Positions 13,591 through 26,626 of a DNA stretch of 64,000 nt are shown here, piece after piece; within the stretch, counting starts at the first letter, position 1, and every line of letters begins with the position of its first letter. The position numbers were made by a program, and so were the translations under genes. The stretch is from Eledone cirrhosa (Eukaryota): positions 278,938,001 to 279,002,000 of the forward strand of contig OZ024741.1 in NCBI GenBank assembly GCA_964016885.1. The letters run 5' to 3'. The notes under the pieces were generated by a model. That model was given only the letters and a program-made list of their open reading frames with translations, was not told where the DNA came from and made no database searches.

Positions 13591-14091
13591 AAGTATACGT
13601 TAGACGCTTAGTTTTCTTACGAAAACTACCATCTTATTATCTATTGGGACGTTGAAATACATCTAATACTTCACTACACCTATGTTATTATGCGATAACA
13701 TGCTAGTTTAATTATAAGGAGGGTTTGCAGAATGAGTTGAATCCTTGTCCATTATACCTGAAACTTCCAATCCAATGTCTATGTTAACACTATCTTTATA
13801 CCAACCATTTAACATCTTTCTTATTAAGCCAGGCGTACATGATGTTTAAATAATGGATTGGTAGACAATTCTTGAAGTGTTGCCGGTGTAAATCTATGAT
13901 TATAATTCCCACCTTTAACTTAAAGTTTATATCATCAGCCTTCTTACATCTCCAAACTTATTATTGCTGTGAATCCATTTAATGCAATTTGGGGTTTGAT
14001 TAACAATTCAGTGAATTCTATTCTATTCTCTACAGTATAGAAAGTAATAGAATCATAACTATATTAACGTTACCTAGTCTCGTCTGGTGGA

Positions 14092-14335
14092 GATACATGG
14101 CTTAGTGGTAACGGTATTGGACTTCCAAACATAAAGTCGTGAGATCGATTCCTGGACTGTGTTGTGTGTTGTGTTCTTGAGTAAAACACTTCGTTTCACG
14201 TTACTTCAGTACACTCAGCTGAAAATGAGTACCAGCAATAGCTGGGGTTTTAACCCTGTGATGTAACCCTGGCGTCCAGTCCAGGAGCGAGTCATGTACT
14301 CTCAATCGCTTCACGTCACGAAAACCGGGATTGAT
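14092..14335 (+). mobile_element. tRNA-derived SINE
   Basis: A-box TGGCTTAGTGG, B-box-like GATCGATTCC, followed by CTTGAGTAAAACACTT. Confidence 0.7.
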
Positions 14336-14619
14336 CATATCTCTAGATTGTAAGAGGGATCAAATTGTGACCTAATCTCCTTTCAACTCGTACCTGAAGA
14401 ATAGGTCATAATTTTAATCCCTCTTACAATCTAGAGATATAGTCAATATTGGGCCTTGAAACCTTAGGTAGCACTTTTGTTCTGAGTATGAACATAAATA
14501 ATATAATATAATTATTTCTACTTTTGGCACAAGGCCAGCAATTACCCAGTGCATTACTGGTACTTTATTTTATCGACCCCGTAAGGATGAAAGGCAAAGT
14601 TAACATCGGCGGGATATTA

Positions 14620-14924
14620 TAATATAATATAAGAGCGGTTTCTCTCCGTCCGTCCGTTCGTCACGCTCACTTTATATGGAGAGGGGGAGAACCAAGCGAG
14701 AGATATGTACATAGATAAAGAAAATGCCGTGTGTTTTCGAGGTGACAGAAAGGAGTAGATAGACAGAAAGTTACGACGTCACCTTCGTCTATATAGAGAG
14801 AGGAGGAGCGCCAAGCGAAAGATATGTACATAGAGAAAGAGAGAGAGTGTGTGTGTGTGTGCGTGTGCGTGCGTGCGCCCGTGAGTGTGAGACAGAAAGA
14901 AGGAGAAGACGTCGCCCTCATCTA

Positions 14925-14925
<1 letters not shown>
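14620..14925 (+). mobile_element. Non-autonomous Helitron/Helentron-like element
   Basis: Begins ATAATATAAGAGCGG..(GTCC)n and ends CATCTAGT next to (TA)n. Confidence 0.4.
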
Positions 14926-14989
<64 letters not shown>

Positions 14990-15010
14990 TTGGAGCTCTG
15001 AAATAGCAAT

Positions 15011-15551
15011 ATATATATGGATGTATATATAATGTATTTTGCAATACACTTTATGCTTAATTAAAAGCATTTTGAAGACCGTAAGCTATTGTTTTAAAGT
15101 AGTGGCAAATTCACTCACTTTGATCTCCGCAAACAGGGGAGATAAGCCGACAAGACTTGTTTCGCTTTGGTTGAAGCTTATCAAGGCCAACTACCCCACC
15201 TGTCTACTGAGATCATTGATGTTATATTCTTATAGAAATCTAGTAAATAATCAGGAGCTGATTATGCAGAGCGGTTGTTGGTCAGGCGGGCCAACAACCG
15301 CTCTGCATAATCAGCTCCTGATTATTTACTAGATTTCTATAAGAATATAACATCAATGATCTCAGTAGACAGGTGGGGTAGTTGGCCTTGATAAGCTTCA
15401 ACCAAAGCGAAACAAGTCTTGTCGGCTTATCTCCCCTGTTTGCGGAGATCAAAGTGAGTGAATTTGCCACTACTTTAAAACAATAGCTTACGGTCTTCAA
15501 AATGCTTTTAATTAAGCATAAAGTGTATTGCAAAATACATTATATATACAT

Positions 15552-15561
<10 letters not shown>
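15011..15561. repeat. Near-perfect palindrome (about 271-bp arms, 9-nt loop) carrying mirror HHR motifs
   Basis: Identical translations on both strands (15039+ and 15533-); HHR-like GGCC-TTGATAA-GCTT..AAGC-GAAAC-AAG T CTT-GTC-GGCT at 15384-15427(+) and 15145-15188(-). Confidence 0.95.
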
Positions 15562-15585
<24 letters not shown>

Positions 15586-15807
15586 AATTAAGTTAAAAAT
15601 GTACATCTACATATGCATACTGAAATACTAGTATGCATATGAATACACACATGTATACATATGTAGATGTACCAAGTCTTTCACTGGTTACTTTACTGTG
15701 AGTAATCCAGCTATTCTGTATGTAAACACACAGACAAACCGGTTTTTAGAGTCATACTGGTTTTCGAGGAAACACCTTTCCTCTATTCTCCAGAAAGCCA
15801 GACAAGG

Positions 15808-15852
15808 AATATTGAACTAGTTTCGTTGTTGTTACAACTCATCAGCAATATT
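15808..15852 (-). ncRNA. Minimal hammerhead ribozyme, copy 1
   Basis: AATATTG-CTGATGA-GTTG TAACAA CAAC-GAAA-CTAG-TTC-AATATT; palindromic AACTAGTT stem III. Confidence 0.85.
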
Positions 15853-16278
15853 TACCTATCTACCGGCCTTTCTGGAGAATCGTAAAAGCACATATCGTTA
15901 TATGCTTTTTCTATGAAAATTAGTAGTGGGCAGACTAATTTGCATAGAGTGTGAGTACGTACCGGTTGGTTCAACGGAGACGATAAAAACAAATAACGAA
16001 ACGAAATTAAATTTCGTTTCGTTTGTAACTCACTTTTGTATGACTGACGCTTAAACAATTAAGTTAAAAATGTACATCTACATATGCATACTGAAATACT
16101 AGTATGCATATGAATACACACATGTATACATATGTAGATGTACCAAGTCTTTCACTGGTTACTTTACTGTGAGTAATCCAGCTATTCTGTATGTAAACAC
16201 ACAGACAAACCGGTTTTTAGAGTCATACTGGTTTTCGAGGAAACACCTTTCCTCTATTCTCCAGAAAGCCAGACAAGG

Positions 16279-16323
16279 AATATTGAACTAGTTTCGTTGT
16301 TGTTACAACTCATCAGCAATATT
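16279..16323 (-). ncRNA. Minimal hammerhead ribozyme, copy 2
   Basis: Identical to 15808-15852, located 471 bp downstream. Confidence 0.85.
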
Positions 16324-17479
16324 TACCTATCTACCGTCCTTTCTGGAGAATCGTAAAAGCACATATCGTTATATGCTTTTTCTATGAAAATTAGTAGTGG
16401 GCAGACTAATTTGCATAGAGTGTGAGTACGTACCGGTTCAACGGAGACGATAAAAACAAATAACGAAACGATACATATGCATACTAGTATTTCAGTATGC
16501 ATATGTAGATGTACATTTTTAACTTAATTGTTTAAGCGTCAGTCATACAAAAGTGAGTTACAAACGAAACGAAATTTAATTTCGTTTCGTTATTTGTTTT
16601 TATATATATATATATTAGTCTTTACACAATGTATGTTAGTGTCTCCTCTTTATATTGTTTGTGCCATCTAGACATCACAGATCTCTTTAAAGCCTCGGTG
16701 GTTTTGTCTGTTGTATACGGCCCTAGTCGAAGCAGCTTGTATTCGATAATTCATGAAAAATTGTTCAAATGTATTAACACTAGCGGCTCCTTCATACAGA
16801 AAATGTTCACTTTCTGAATTCTATAATCTAGTTCGGTATGATCAACTTCGCAAATAATCACCCACCACTGCATATGTTTACTCTTCTGTAGTCCTTATTT
16901 AAGAAGCATATCACCCGCCAATGATTATCCCCATCACCACGAAACTTTTACCAGGCGAGAAATCGTCGTGTACAGAATTAACTTTTATGTTGTTAGTGTT
17001 AATTGAATTGCGGGTTTTCATTGATTTCCATTAACATTTAAAGTTTTCAAATCACTTGTGAAGACCATATGTGCATCAATGCTTTTATTGTCATTTTGAT
17101 GTTTAAAGGTTTTACGGTGTTCAGATAATAATTACTTAACATTGAAACTTATCTAACTGAAAAGATTTAGATTGAGATATATAAATGAAGTCTGGAAAAC
17201 TGGCTATGTCAATTTTGGCTCTTTTAAATGAAGGTGGTGGCAGTGATGAAAATGCTATTAATGATTTCAATATGGTGGCTACTGAAATATTGGTTGATGT
17301 AATCTATTTCGTATGTCTTCGATTTCTTTCCATTGCCTCATAATTAAAAGAAACTACGACTTTCTTCTTCTTCTTCTTCTTCTTCTTCTTCTTCTTCTTC
17401 TTCTTCTTCTCCTCCTCCTCCTCCTCCTCCTCCTCCTCCTCCTCCTCCTCCCCTTCCCCTTCTTATCCCCCCTCCTTCT

Positions 17480-17785
17480 TCTAATGGGTGTTATGCAACC
17501 ATCTTGTTCAGGGTCTACCCTTCGGTCTCCTGCCGGTTGGTTTTGCCCGTAAAATCTGTCCAGCGATTTTTCCTGTGATTTTTTCTAGCTACATGTCTGT
17601 AATATCGGAGCTGTGATCTCTCAATTCGGAGGCGTAGCAGCTCCACCTAGGGTTACGAACTCTATTGAGTAACATCACTCCAGAGATCCTTCAGAGGAAT
17701 CCGATTTCGGCTGCTTGTACTTGTGATCATATTTTTTCGGTCATTACCCAAGGTTCATGACCATAGGTAACGGTTAGCACGAATA
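17480..17785 (-). mobile_element. RTE LINE 3' end with (GAA/GGA)n tail
   Basis: Same family as 18711-19070; microsatellite tail at 17363-17450. Confidence 0.75.
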
Positions 17786-18710
17786 TCGAATTGAAGACTC
17801 TTTTAGTGTAATAATTTTTAAAATTAACCTTTCAATTGTATGTATGGTCCCGTAACTTCTGGGGGTGTCGTTGGGGCATGGTATTAACATATGGCGTTTC
17901 TAGGGCATTGTTTTTAACTTGGTGGAGCCCATCCTCTCTTCAGGCCTCAATACAGCAGATTTCGTCCAGAGAATGATACAGAGAATGAGAGAATGGAAGT
18001 GAGAAAAGAGATATAGAAGAAGAATCGATCCTAATACTAGATTGGTACTTTTTTTTATCGATCTCGAAAGGATGAAAGGTAAAGTTGACCACGGCGGGAT
18101 TCAAACTCAGCGGTCAGAAAGGGGAAACAAATACCGCAAAGTATTCTATCCGACGTTCTAACGAATCTGCCAATTCGCCGCCTATAACATTTAAATTACA
18201 TACCTTTAATATTGATTTCTAATTTAGACACAAGGTCAGCAATTTGGCGGGGGAAGGGAAAAGTTGATTTGATAAAACCCAGTACTTGATTGGCACTTGA
18301 TTTTATTAACACCAGAAAAATTGAAAGGCAAAGTTGACCTTGATGGGATTTGAATTCTGAATGTAAAGAGTGAGAACAAATGCTGCAATGGTATCTTATC
18401 TTTTAATCTACCATCCTCATATTTCTTAATCTCAACGCGTTGAATTAAGTACATTTTTCTTATATAGAATAGAACAGTTGTGAACACTTGCAGTGCAATA
18501 TTCTAAAAGTAGATACCTATCTCATAGCTTATTCCGCTTCTACACCTTCCAAGGACATAAAGAGGTACTGCATTAATGCAGACAAACAAACATAAACACA
18601 GTGGAACATATACACACACGCGTGTGTGTGTGTGTCGTGATGTGTTTACATGGTTCTCTCGTCAGGAAAGAAGAAGTATTGCCTTTTGATTAAAAGAGAT
18701 TTGTTACACA

Positions 18711-19070
18711 CTTCTTCGCCCACTTATTCCTGAGAGGGTCGTCGGGGCAGAGTCCTCAAACATTCCTTCTAACGGGTCCTGTCAGAAGCAACCGTCTCCA
18801 ACTGATCCAGCTAGACCCCTAAGCGTGACCAGCCAAGCTCATGGATGTCATCCAACCATCTTGTTCGGGGTCTACACCTGGGTCCTCTGTTGGTTGGTTT
18901 TGCCTGTAAAATCTGTCCAGCGATTCTTTCCAGGGACATTCTAACCACATGCCCGTAGTATAGGAGCTGTGATCGCTCAATTCGGAGAAGTAGCTGCTCT
19001 ACTTGGAGTGACTCTCTGATCTCGGAGCTACGCTCTCTGTAGAGTAACGTTACTCCAAAGACCCTTCGTT
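18711..19070 (-). mobile_element. RTE LINE 3' end
   Basis: Translates LLLRIERSQLLYYGHVVRMSLERIAGQIL..RPRTRWLDDI; also at 35478-35770(-) and 39078-39290(+). Confidence 0.85.
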
Positions 19071-19459
19071 ACACACTAGCCTCCTAAAATAGAGAATACA
19101 GAGATTCCAAGAGTTAAGAAAACAAATTTGGTAGGGTTCGAATCTCATGAAAGGGGCTGTTTTGAAGCTGTTTCAATCATCTTTGCTTATTATTGTGTCA
19201 TATTACATATTTGCCTAATCAAATTAAAGTCAGCATTTTGTAGGAAATAAACGTTAAACTACAAAACGAAATATGTCGGTACGTTCGTATCGTTTGCACG
19301 TCAAAAGTATATTTTCTCCTTTTCAAACATTTCTATACATTGGTAGATATATTACAAACCATACGTACACAAACATACATACATCAGCAAAAAGAAACCT
19401 GAGAGGGGGCGGTATGTCAGCTACTATATCTATGTATGTATTTATCTATCTCTTTGTGA

Positions 19460-19810
19460 AAGCGCATGGCTTAGTGATTAGAGCATTGGGCTTGCAATCG
19501 TAAGGTTGTGAGTTCGACTCTCGGACCGGGTGATTCGTTTTTCCTTGAGCAAGACACTTTATTTCACGTTGCTCCAGTTTACTCAGCTGTAGAAATGAGT
19601 TGTGACGTCACTGGTGTCAAGCTGTATCGGCCATTGCCTTTCCCTTGGACATCACCGGTGACGTGGAGAGGGGAGACTGGTATGCATGGGTGACTGCTGG
19701 TCTTCCACAAATAACTTTGTCCGGAATTGTACCTCAGAGGGAAACTTTCTAGGTGCAAATCCCATGCTCATTCGTAACCGAGGTGTGGGGGGGGGGGGGG
19801 GGTCTTTACC
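19460..19810 (+). mobile_element. Full-length tRNA-derived SINE
   Basis: A-box TGGCTTAGTGA and B-box GAGTTCGACTC, followed by a conserved body. Confidence 0.85.
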
Positions 19811-20219
19811 CTATCTCTTTATATATATATATATAGCTATATAAAATAGCCGACTGAATTATGCGCGTGTGTTTTTTTCTCATTTTTTTCCGTTCCTTTC
19901 TCTACTCATTCTTTATCTTTCTATTTCATCTTATATTTCTAATTCTATCTTCTGATGAAGGACTAGTGTCCGAAGCTTTAATACTCTTTTCCTATTATTT
20001 CAAGTGTTAAACTTCTATATATTTTCATTGTACTGTGTGGTTTGCTTTGTTATTTTCACACACACACATACGCACACACACACACAGTGCGTGTGTGTGT
20101 GTGGAAAACGAGCGCTGATGCGATGAGAAACGAGCAGAAGTACAAAAACGGAAGAATAAGGGAGAAGATGAATACATAGGGCCACACAAAAGAGTTAACA
20201 TAAACGGGATACAAACACG

Positions 20220-20294
<75 letters not shown>

Positions 20295-21013
20295 ATATAT
20301 ATACATATATATGCGCGTGTGTGTGTGTGTGTTATGCGAGTAACTTGTAGTTACTAACGGTGACGCTAGTGGAAGCACTCGATGCTGTTACGGAGTCCGT
20401 CTCTCGTTGGGTTGTGCTCCAGGTTTAAGACGGGTGTAGTATACAGAGTGTATATATAGAGTGACAATAAGAAGTTAGATTTGTAGATTTTTTTATAAAA
20501 CTTTATGGTATATTGGTGTCCTTGGCCCTAGGGCTACCTCCCTATTCACCACCATAGACGCTGAGCCGGCCAGCCGCTGGTGTGAGTCTCGCGAGTTGGA
20601 ATGTCTCTTCCAGCGCATCTCCCTTACGTCTTCTCCATCCTGTCCACCGGGGCTGTGGGGAGGTCAGCACGTGGGACCCCATTTCCTCACCATACGGATT
20701 AATAGGCAAAGTTATAAACTATTGTAAATAAAAAACAAAACAAAAAACTATATTGTTTCGATATCGATCAGCTCGTGTTTGATTATTCATTTAGATGAGA
20801 CCACCCATGTAAACTCGCATATCCAAAGAGGTGTCGATTAAGAGTCGGGAACCGATCACCTGATCAAACCCGAGCTAATCGATATCTAAGCAGTTGTAAT
20901 ATGCAATAAAGTTTCATAACAAGCTGCAACTCAGACTTCCTATTCTCTCTCTCTCTCTCTCTCCCTCTCTCTCTGTATATATACATCTCTCTCTCTCTAT
21001 ATATATATATATA

Positions 21014-21122
<109 letters not shown>

Positions 21123-21124
21123 TT

Positions 21125-21247
21125 ATTTATTAAAATAACAGATTAAAGTTTAAGCAAAAAATCGCTGCTTTCACTCTTAACGGGATCTTCTGAAATTTAT
21201 CCTTATCGAGCCCTCTGGATTTTAGTCTTCAAATTTATTATTATTAC
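21125..21247 (-). mobile_element. TA-embedded HHR element, family A (rearranged)
   Basis: Homologous to 51598-51760 and 62493-62716; the second half is inverted relative to those copies. Confidence 0.75.
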
Positions 21248-21253
21248 TATATA

Positions 21254-21342
<89 letters not shown>

Positions 21343-21746
21343 ATCTATGTATATATGTATGTATGAATGTATATATATATATATATAACCTGTTAGTTCT
21401 ATCGTTACTTTGGTATAATATTGTGTGTTAGATTTTGCCTACCACAATGTTCGATTTGTCAAGCTATTTAAACGTATGTTATTACTCTAAGGACTTACCT
21501 TATCGAGTGCTTTGCTAACTCATCATTGCATATATGTAGGCCGAATTTGCTTGCAAACCGCCAGAGATTCGATTTTACTAAATTTCCAATTATATATATA
21601 TGTAGAGGTTATATTTAATTTGTTGGGATACAAGAAGCAAAATATTTTTATAACTGATATAAAGCACTCAACAAATTATTGGAGTAAATATACAATATAT
21701 TAATAAATGGAAATTATATATAAATATGCAATATATTAATAAATGG

Positions 21747-21801
<55 letters not shown>

Positions 21802-21980
21802 CTTCCCCTTTTCACTATTATTACTCCAAGATTAACCTGCACAGGAATTCCCGAGAACTCACAAATTCGTTACCTAAGGAAACCTCTTGTTGAGTCAAAC
21901 AACGCTGTACGCTAAAACTATCCACAATACGGAGTATTCACAACCTTTAACTGGATTACCTATAACGATAATTTGTTATC

Positions 21981-22066
<86 letters not shown>

Positions 22067-22163
22067 CTATGTATATAAGTATGTATGTGCATATATGTGT
22101 GTGTATATATATATATATATAAAACGAAAATCAGTGATGCATCTGAACTCAATTTATTGTGTG

Positions 22164-22196
<33 letters not shown>

Positions 22197-22200
<4 letters not shown>

Positions 22201-22446
22201 TTAAAACAATGAAATAAAAAATCAAGTCATTAGAAATATACTTCACTGCTTTACGATCGTTTCTTTTGACAACAGCTGGTGATATGCATGTAAGTAAATA
22301 TTCTCTTTATCTGATATTTTGTAACTAACCTTACATAGATCGATATCGAAGTATAGTTACGATGTATTATCATCACCTAGAAACGATCGTAAAGCAGTGA
22401 AGTATATTTCTAATGACTTGATTTTTTATTTCATTGTTTTAACTTA
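22197..22446. repeat. Inverted repeat (about 68-bp arms) ending at an HHR 3' half
   Basis: 22197-22264 is the reverse complement of 22379-22446; the arm begins GAAAC-GATC-GTA-AAGCAG (palindromic ACGATCGT). Confidence 0.8.
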
Positions 22447-22698
22447 CATCATGACTCTGTTTTCCTTTTAATGTTTTATTGTTTTCCGGGATTTATTTTA
22501 ACGTACAACATTTTCAACATATGGATTACATTGAGTTCTTCATGCAGACTGGACCCCACAACTTACCGTGGATATCTGTGTGTATATATATATATATAAA
22601 GAAGGAAGTGTGGTAAGGAACCACATGGACCATAACGCACCACAGTACTCAATACTTAGGGTATATATATATATATGTATTATATATGTATATATGTG

Positions 22699-22803
<105 letters not shown>

Positions 22804-22996
22804 CTACTGTCGCTCAGAGAGTGGGATTAGCTCAGTGCGCAGTCTTTCCTCACTTTAAAAATTATCTTCACGCACAGGCATTGCACGATAGAATTAATTA
22901 ATAATTATTAATAATGGTATATCGTGCAATAGCCATACTCGATAACGAGGGGGCAGCCATCATATACATATATATGTATGTATATATGTATGCATG

Positions 22997-23136
<140 letters not shown>

Positions 23137-23733
23137 CATGTATGTATATTTGTGTGTATGTATGTATGTGTGCGTGTGTGACGCCTCAGCGAACTGAACA
23201 TCCGTCGTTGCGTCGAACATATTTGCAATGTAAATTTCGATGATATTGGCTAGCAGCTGGTGAAACACCTTGTGAAGTTCATTCACCTCGGCCTCCATAC
23301 AACCCCCGACCTTGAACTAACGACCTACCTTTCATCTAACATCACCAACTGCACTCTCAAGACGTTGAAACCAAATATGGACCGGGAACTTGAGTCAACT
23401 CATGCCGTGTTGGTTGGCGATTGTAGTATTGTCCCCCAGTATACAGGTTACCAATACAACTTGGGTTGGCATCTGATACAGTTCAACTTGAATGCAGATC
23501 GAGTCTTCTTTGAGCCAACACTGTCTCGCCTGCTTCCGGTATGCCTCGCAGCGACAGTAAGTACCCATTTTTCCTGTTCAAGGTAGGAAGGGGATTGTAT
23601 AAATCTCTAATCTGAAACGGCACTTTTATCGCCTCCAACCTTGTTCCTTGTCTTTTCGGCCACAAATCAGAACACAAGTGCGGAAAATACCCAAACACCG
23701 GAACTTGACCGACCACTTCCCTTTCTTACCGAT

Positions 23734-26626
23734 CACCGTTGAAACTCCTGATGTCGTCACTCCCTGAACTGCAGCATTCTTGACCGACAGCTTCCCTTTC
23801 GTACCGGTTACCGTTGACCCTGATGTCCTCGCTCCCTGAACTGCAGTATTCTTGACCAACTGCTTCCCTTTCATGCTGGTCACCGTTGAAACCTCGGGTG
23901 TTCTCGCTCCTTGAACTATCGTATTCCTGGCCAACTGCATCCCTTTCATGCTGGTCACCGTTGAAACCTCGGGTGTTCTCGCTCCTTGAACTATCGTATT
24001 CCTGGCCAACTGCATCCCTTTCATGCTGGTCACCGTTGAAACCTCGGGTGTTCTCGCTCTTTGAACTATCGTATTCCTGGCCAACTGCATCCCTTTCATG
24101 CTGGTCACCGTTGAAACCTCGGGTGTTCTCGCTCCTTGAACTATCGTATTCCTGGCCGACTGCATCCCTTTCATGCTGGTCACCGTTGAAACCTCGGGTG
24201 TTCTCGCTCCTTGAACTATCGTATTCCTGGCCAACTGCATCCCTTTCATGCTGGTCACCGTTGAAACCTCGGGTGTTCTCGCTCTTTGAACTATCGTATT
24301 CCTGGCCAACTGCATCCCTTTCATGCTGGTCACCGTTGAAACCTCGGGTGTTCTCGCTCCTTGAACTATCGTATTCCTGGCCGACTGCATCCCTTTCATG
24401 CTGGTCACCGTTGAAACCTCGGGTGTTCTCGCTCTTTGAACTATCGTATTCCTGGCCAACTGCATCCCTTTCATGCTGGTCACCGTTGAAACCTCGGGTG
24501 TTCTCGCTCCTTGAACTATCGTATTCCTGGCCGACTGCATCCCTTTCATGCTGGTCACCGTTGAAACCTCGGGTGTTCTCGCTCTTTGAACTATCGTATT
24601 CCTGGCCAACTGCATCCCTTTCATGCTGGTCACCGTTGAAACCTCGGGTGTTCTCGCTCCTTGAACTATCGTATTCCTGGCCAACTGCATCCCTTTCATG
24701 CTGGTCACCGTTGAAACCTCGGGTGTTCTCGCTCCTTGAACTATCGTATTCCTGGCCAACTGCATCCCTTTCATGCTGGTCACCGTTGAAACCTCGGGTG
24801 TTCTCGCTCTTTGAACTATCGTATTCCTGGCCAACTGCTTCCCTTTCATGCTGGTCACCGTTGAAACCTCGGGTGTTCTCGCTCCTTGAACTATCGTATT
24901 CCTGGCCGACTGCATCCCTTTCATGCTGGTCACCGTTGAAACCTCGGGTGTTCTCGCTCCTTGAACTATCGTATTCCTGGCCAACTGCATCCCTTTCATG
25001 CTGGTCACCGTTGAAACCTCGGGTGTTCTCGCTCCTTGAACTATCGTATTCCTGGCCAACTGCATCCCTTTCATGCTGGTCACCGTTGAAACCTCGGGTG
25101 TTCTCGCTCCTTGAACTATCGTATTCCTGGCCAACTGCATCCCTTTCATGCTGGTCACCGTTGAAACCTCGGGTGTTCTCGCTCCTTGAACTATCGTATT
25201 CCTGGCCAACTGCATCCCTTTCATGCTGGTCACCGTTGAAACCTCGGGTGTTCTCGCTCCTTGAACTATCGTATTCCTGGCCAACTGCATCCCTTTCATG
25301 CTGGTCACCGTTGAAACCTCGGGTGTTCTCGCTCCTTGAACTATCGTATTCCTGGCCAACTGCATCCCTTTCATGCTGGTCACCGTTGAAACCTCGGGTG
25401 TTCTCGCTCCTTGAACTATCGTATTCCTGGCCAACTGCATCCCTTTCATGCTGGTCACCGTTGAAACCTCGGGTGTTCTCGCTCCTTGAACTATCGTATT
25501 CCTGGCCAACTGCATCCCTTTCATGCTGGTCACCGTTGAAACCTCGGGTGTTCTCGCTCCTTGAACTATCGTATTCCTGGCCAACTGCATCCCTTTCATG
25601 CTGGTCACCGTTGAAACCTCGGGTGTTCTCGCTCCTTGAACTATCGTATTCCTGGCCAACTGCATCCCTTTCATGCTGGTCACCGTTGAAACCTCGGGTG
25701 TTCTCGCTCCTTGAACTATCGTATTCCTGGCCAACTGCATCCCTTTCATGCTGGTCACCGTTGAAACCTCGGGTGTTCTCGCTCCTTGAACTATCGTATT
25801 CCTGGCCAACTGCATCCCTTTCATGCTGGTCACCGTTGAAACCTCGGGTGTTCTCGCTCCTTGAACTATCGTATTCCTGGCCAACTGCATCCCTTTCATG
25901 CTGGTCACCGTTGAAACCTCGGGTGTTCTCGCTCCTTGAACTATCGTATTCCTGGCCAACTGCATCCCTTTCATGCTGGTCACCGTTGAAACCTCGGGTG
26001 TTCTCGCTCCTTGAACTATCGTATTCCTGGCCAACTGCATCCCTTTCATGCTGGTCACCGTTGAAACCTCGGGTGTTCTCGCTCCTTGAACTATCGTATT
26101 CCTGGCCAACTGCATCCCTTTCATGCTGGTCACCGTTGAAACCTCGGGTGTTCTCGCTCCTTGAACTATCGTATTCCTGGCCAACTGCATCCCTTTCATG
26201 CTGGTCACCGTTGAAACCTCGGGTGTTCTCGCTCCTTGAACTATCGTATTCCTGGCCAACTGCATCCCTTTCATGCTGGTCACCGTTGAAACCTCGGGTG
26301 TTCTCGCTCCTTGAACTATCGTATTCCTGGCCAACTGCATCCCTTTCATGCTGGTCACCATTGAAACCTCGGGTGTTCTCGCTCCTTGAACTATCGTATT
26401 CCTGGCCAACTGCATCCCTTTCATGCTGGTCACCATTGAAACCTCGGGTGTTCTCGCTCCTTGAACTATCGTATTCCTGGCCAACTGCATCCCTTTCATG
26501 CTGGTCACCGTTGAAACCTCGGGTGTTCTCGCTCCTTGAACTATCGTATTCCTGGCCAACTGCATCCCTTTCATGCTGGTCACCGTTGAAACCTCGGGTG
26601 TTCTCGCTCCTTGAACTATCGTATTC
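23734..26626. repeat. 75-bp minisatellite, about 37 near-identical copies plus 2 degenerate copies
   Basis: Unit CACCGTTGAAACCTCGGGTGTTCTCGCTCCTTGAACTATCGTATTCCTGGCCAACTGCATCCCTTTCATGCTGGT from 23881, last (partial) start at 26581. Confidence 0.98.

Larger units (their letters stand above)
15582..16603 (-). mobile_element. Tandem dimer of a 471-bp HHR-containing unit plus inverted end (retrozyme/pLTR-like)
   Basis: Units start at 15582 and 16053; about 16472-16603 is the reverse complement of about 15982-16110; (TA)n on both sides. Confidence 0.85.

Noticed and set aside
13620-14075. Possible third PLE fragment (NPPYN on the minus strand)
   Set aside because: Too degraded to support beyond one short motif.
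19460-19530. tRNA gene
   Set aside because: A and B boxes run on into a repeated SINE body; no proper acceptor stem.
21435-21530. Minus-strand hammerhead-like ATGATGAG..GAAC
   Set aside because: Both core segments are mutated; cannot be distinguished from chance.
23734-26626. CRISPR array or three genuine 1000-aa proteins
   Set aside because: There are no unique spacers; the ORFs follow from a stop-free 75-bp unit, and no domain is recognisable.
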